A stretch of 14,070 bases of DNA, from IMG/VR virus record IMGVR_UViG_2648501165_000006. One strand, given 5' to 3'. Both the position numbers and the translations under genes were made by a program. The first letter of the stretch is position 1; each line of letters starts with the position of its first letter. The DNA is from a virus. Its lineage: Duplodnaviria > Heunggongvirae > Uroviricota > Caudoviricetes. Shown piece after piece: positions 13,811-14,070 of the stretch. The notes beneath the pieces were generated by a model that worked only from the letters and a program-made list of their open reading frames with translations, was not told where the DNA came from and did no database searches.

Positions 13811-14070
13811 CACTATTCCTTGTTATACACATTACGAAAAATAAGACATTTAAGATCATCAAAAGAGGAAAGTAAATGTATTGCGTATAAAGGGATAGAT
13901 TAAATTTATTAAAATTCACGCAGGGAATAATTTATAAAAATATATCATTACAACATATATATTAATTTTATATTTATTTCGCAGCCAAACAGGATAAACA
14001 TCAGTCAGGACAAAGACGTAAAATTTAAGATGAAAGAATATCTGCCGCTTTGATAATTCCAAAGAGCAAA

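Noticed and set aside
1-14070. CRISPR arrays, rRNA or tRNA genes, insertion sequences
   Set aside because: No regularly spaced direct repeats, no rRNA- or tRNA-like conserved segments, and no transposase-like ORF or terminal inverted repeats of an IS element were seen.

Overview
The window looks like the right-hand ~12.6 kb of an integrated temperate podovirus-type prophage in an enterobacterial (Escherichia-like) chromosome, followed by ~1.4 kb of host DNA. All calls rest on reading the sequence and ORF translations by eye; no searches were run. Left to right: two translationally coupled virion/ejection-type genes (48..842, 842..3856); a hypervariable immunity/moron region (3868..8381); a tailspike with an embedded SGNH/GDSL esterase module (8577..10571); a lysis cassette of two membrane proteins, a GH19-type endolysin and nested Rz/Rz1 spanins (10723..12520); a putative attR at a remnant of the guaA 3' end (~12631..12645) with a strong intrinsic terminator; and two host genes resembling yfgI and yfgH (minus strand). 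The moron region holds the best candidates for an undescribed system: (i) an AT-rich minus-strand operon encoding an Arc/Mnt-type ribbon-helix-helix regulator with a long C-terminal extension plus a membrane-anchored protein, and (ii) a small-ORF plus 181-aa-ORF pair with toxin-antitoxin-like architecture, bracketed by ~260-bp inverted repeats formed by the shared C-terminal modules of two convergent antirepressor genes. A 10-N assembly gap at 6091..6100 lies inside one repeat copy and truncates the first antirepressor ORF. No rRNA, tRNA or CRISPR array was seen.
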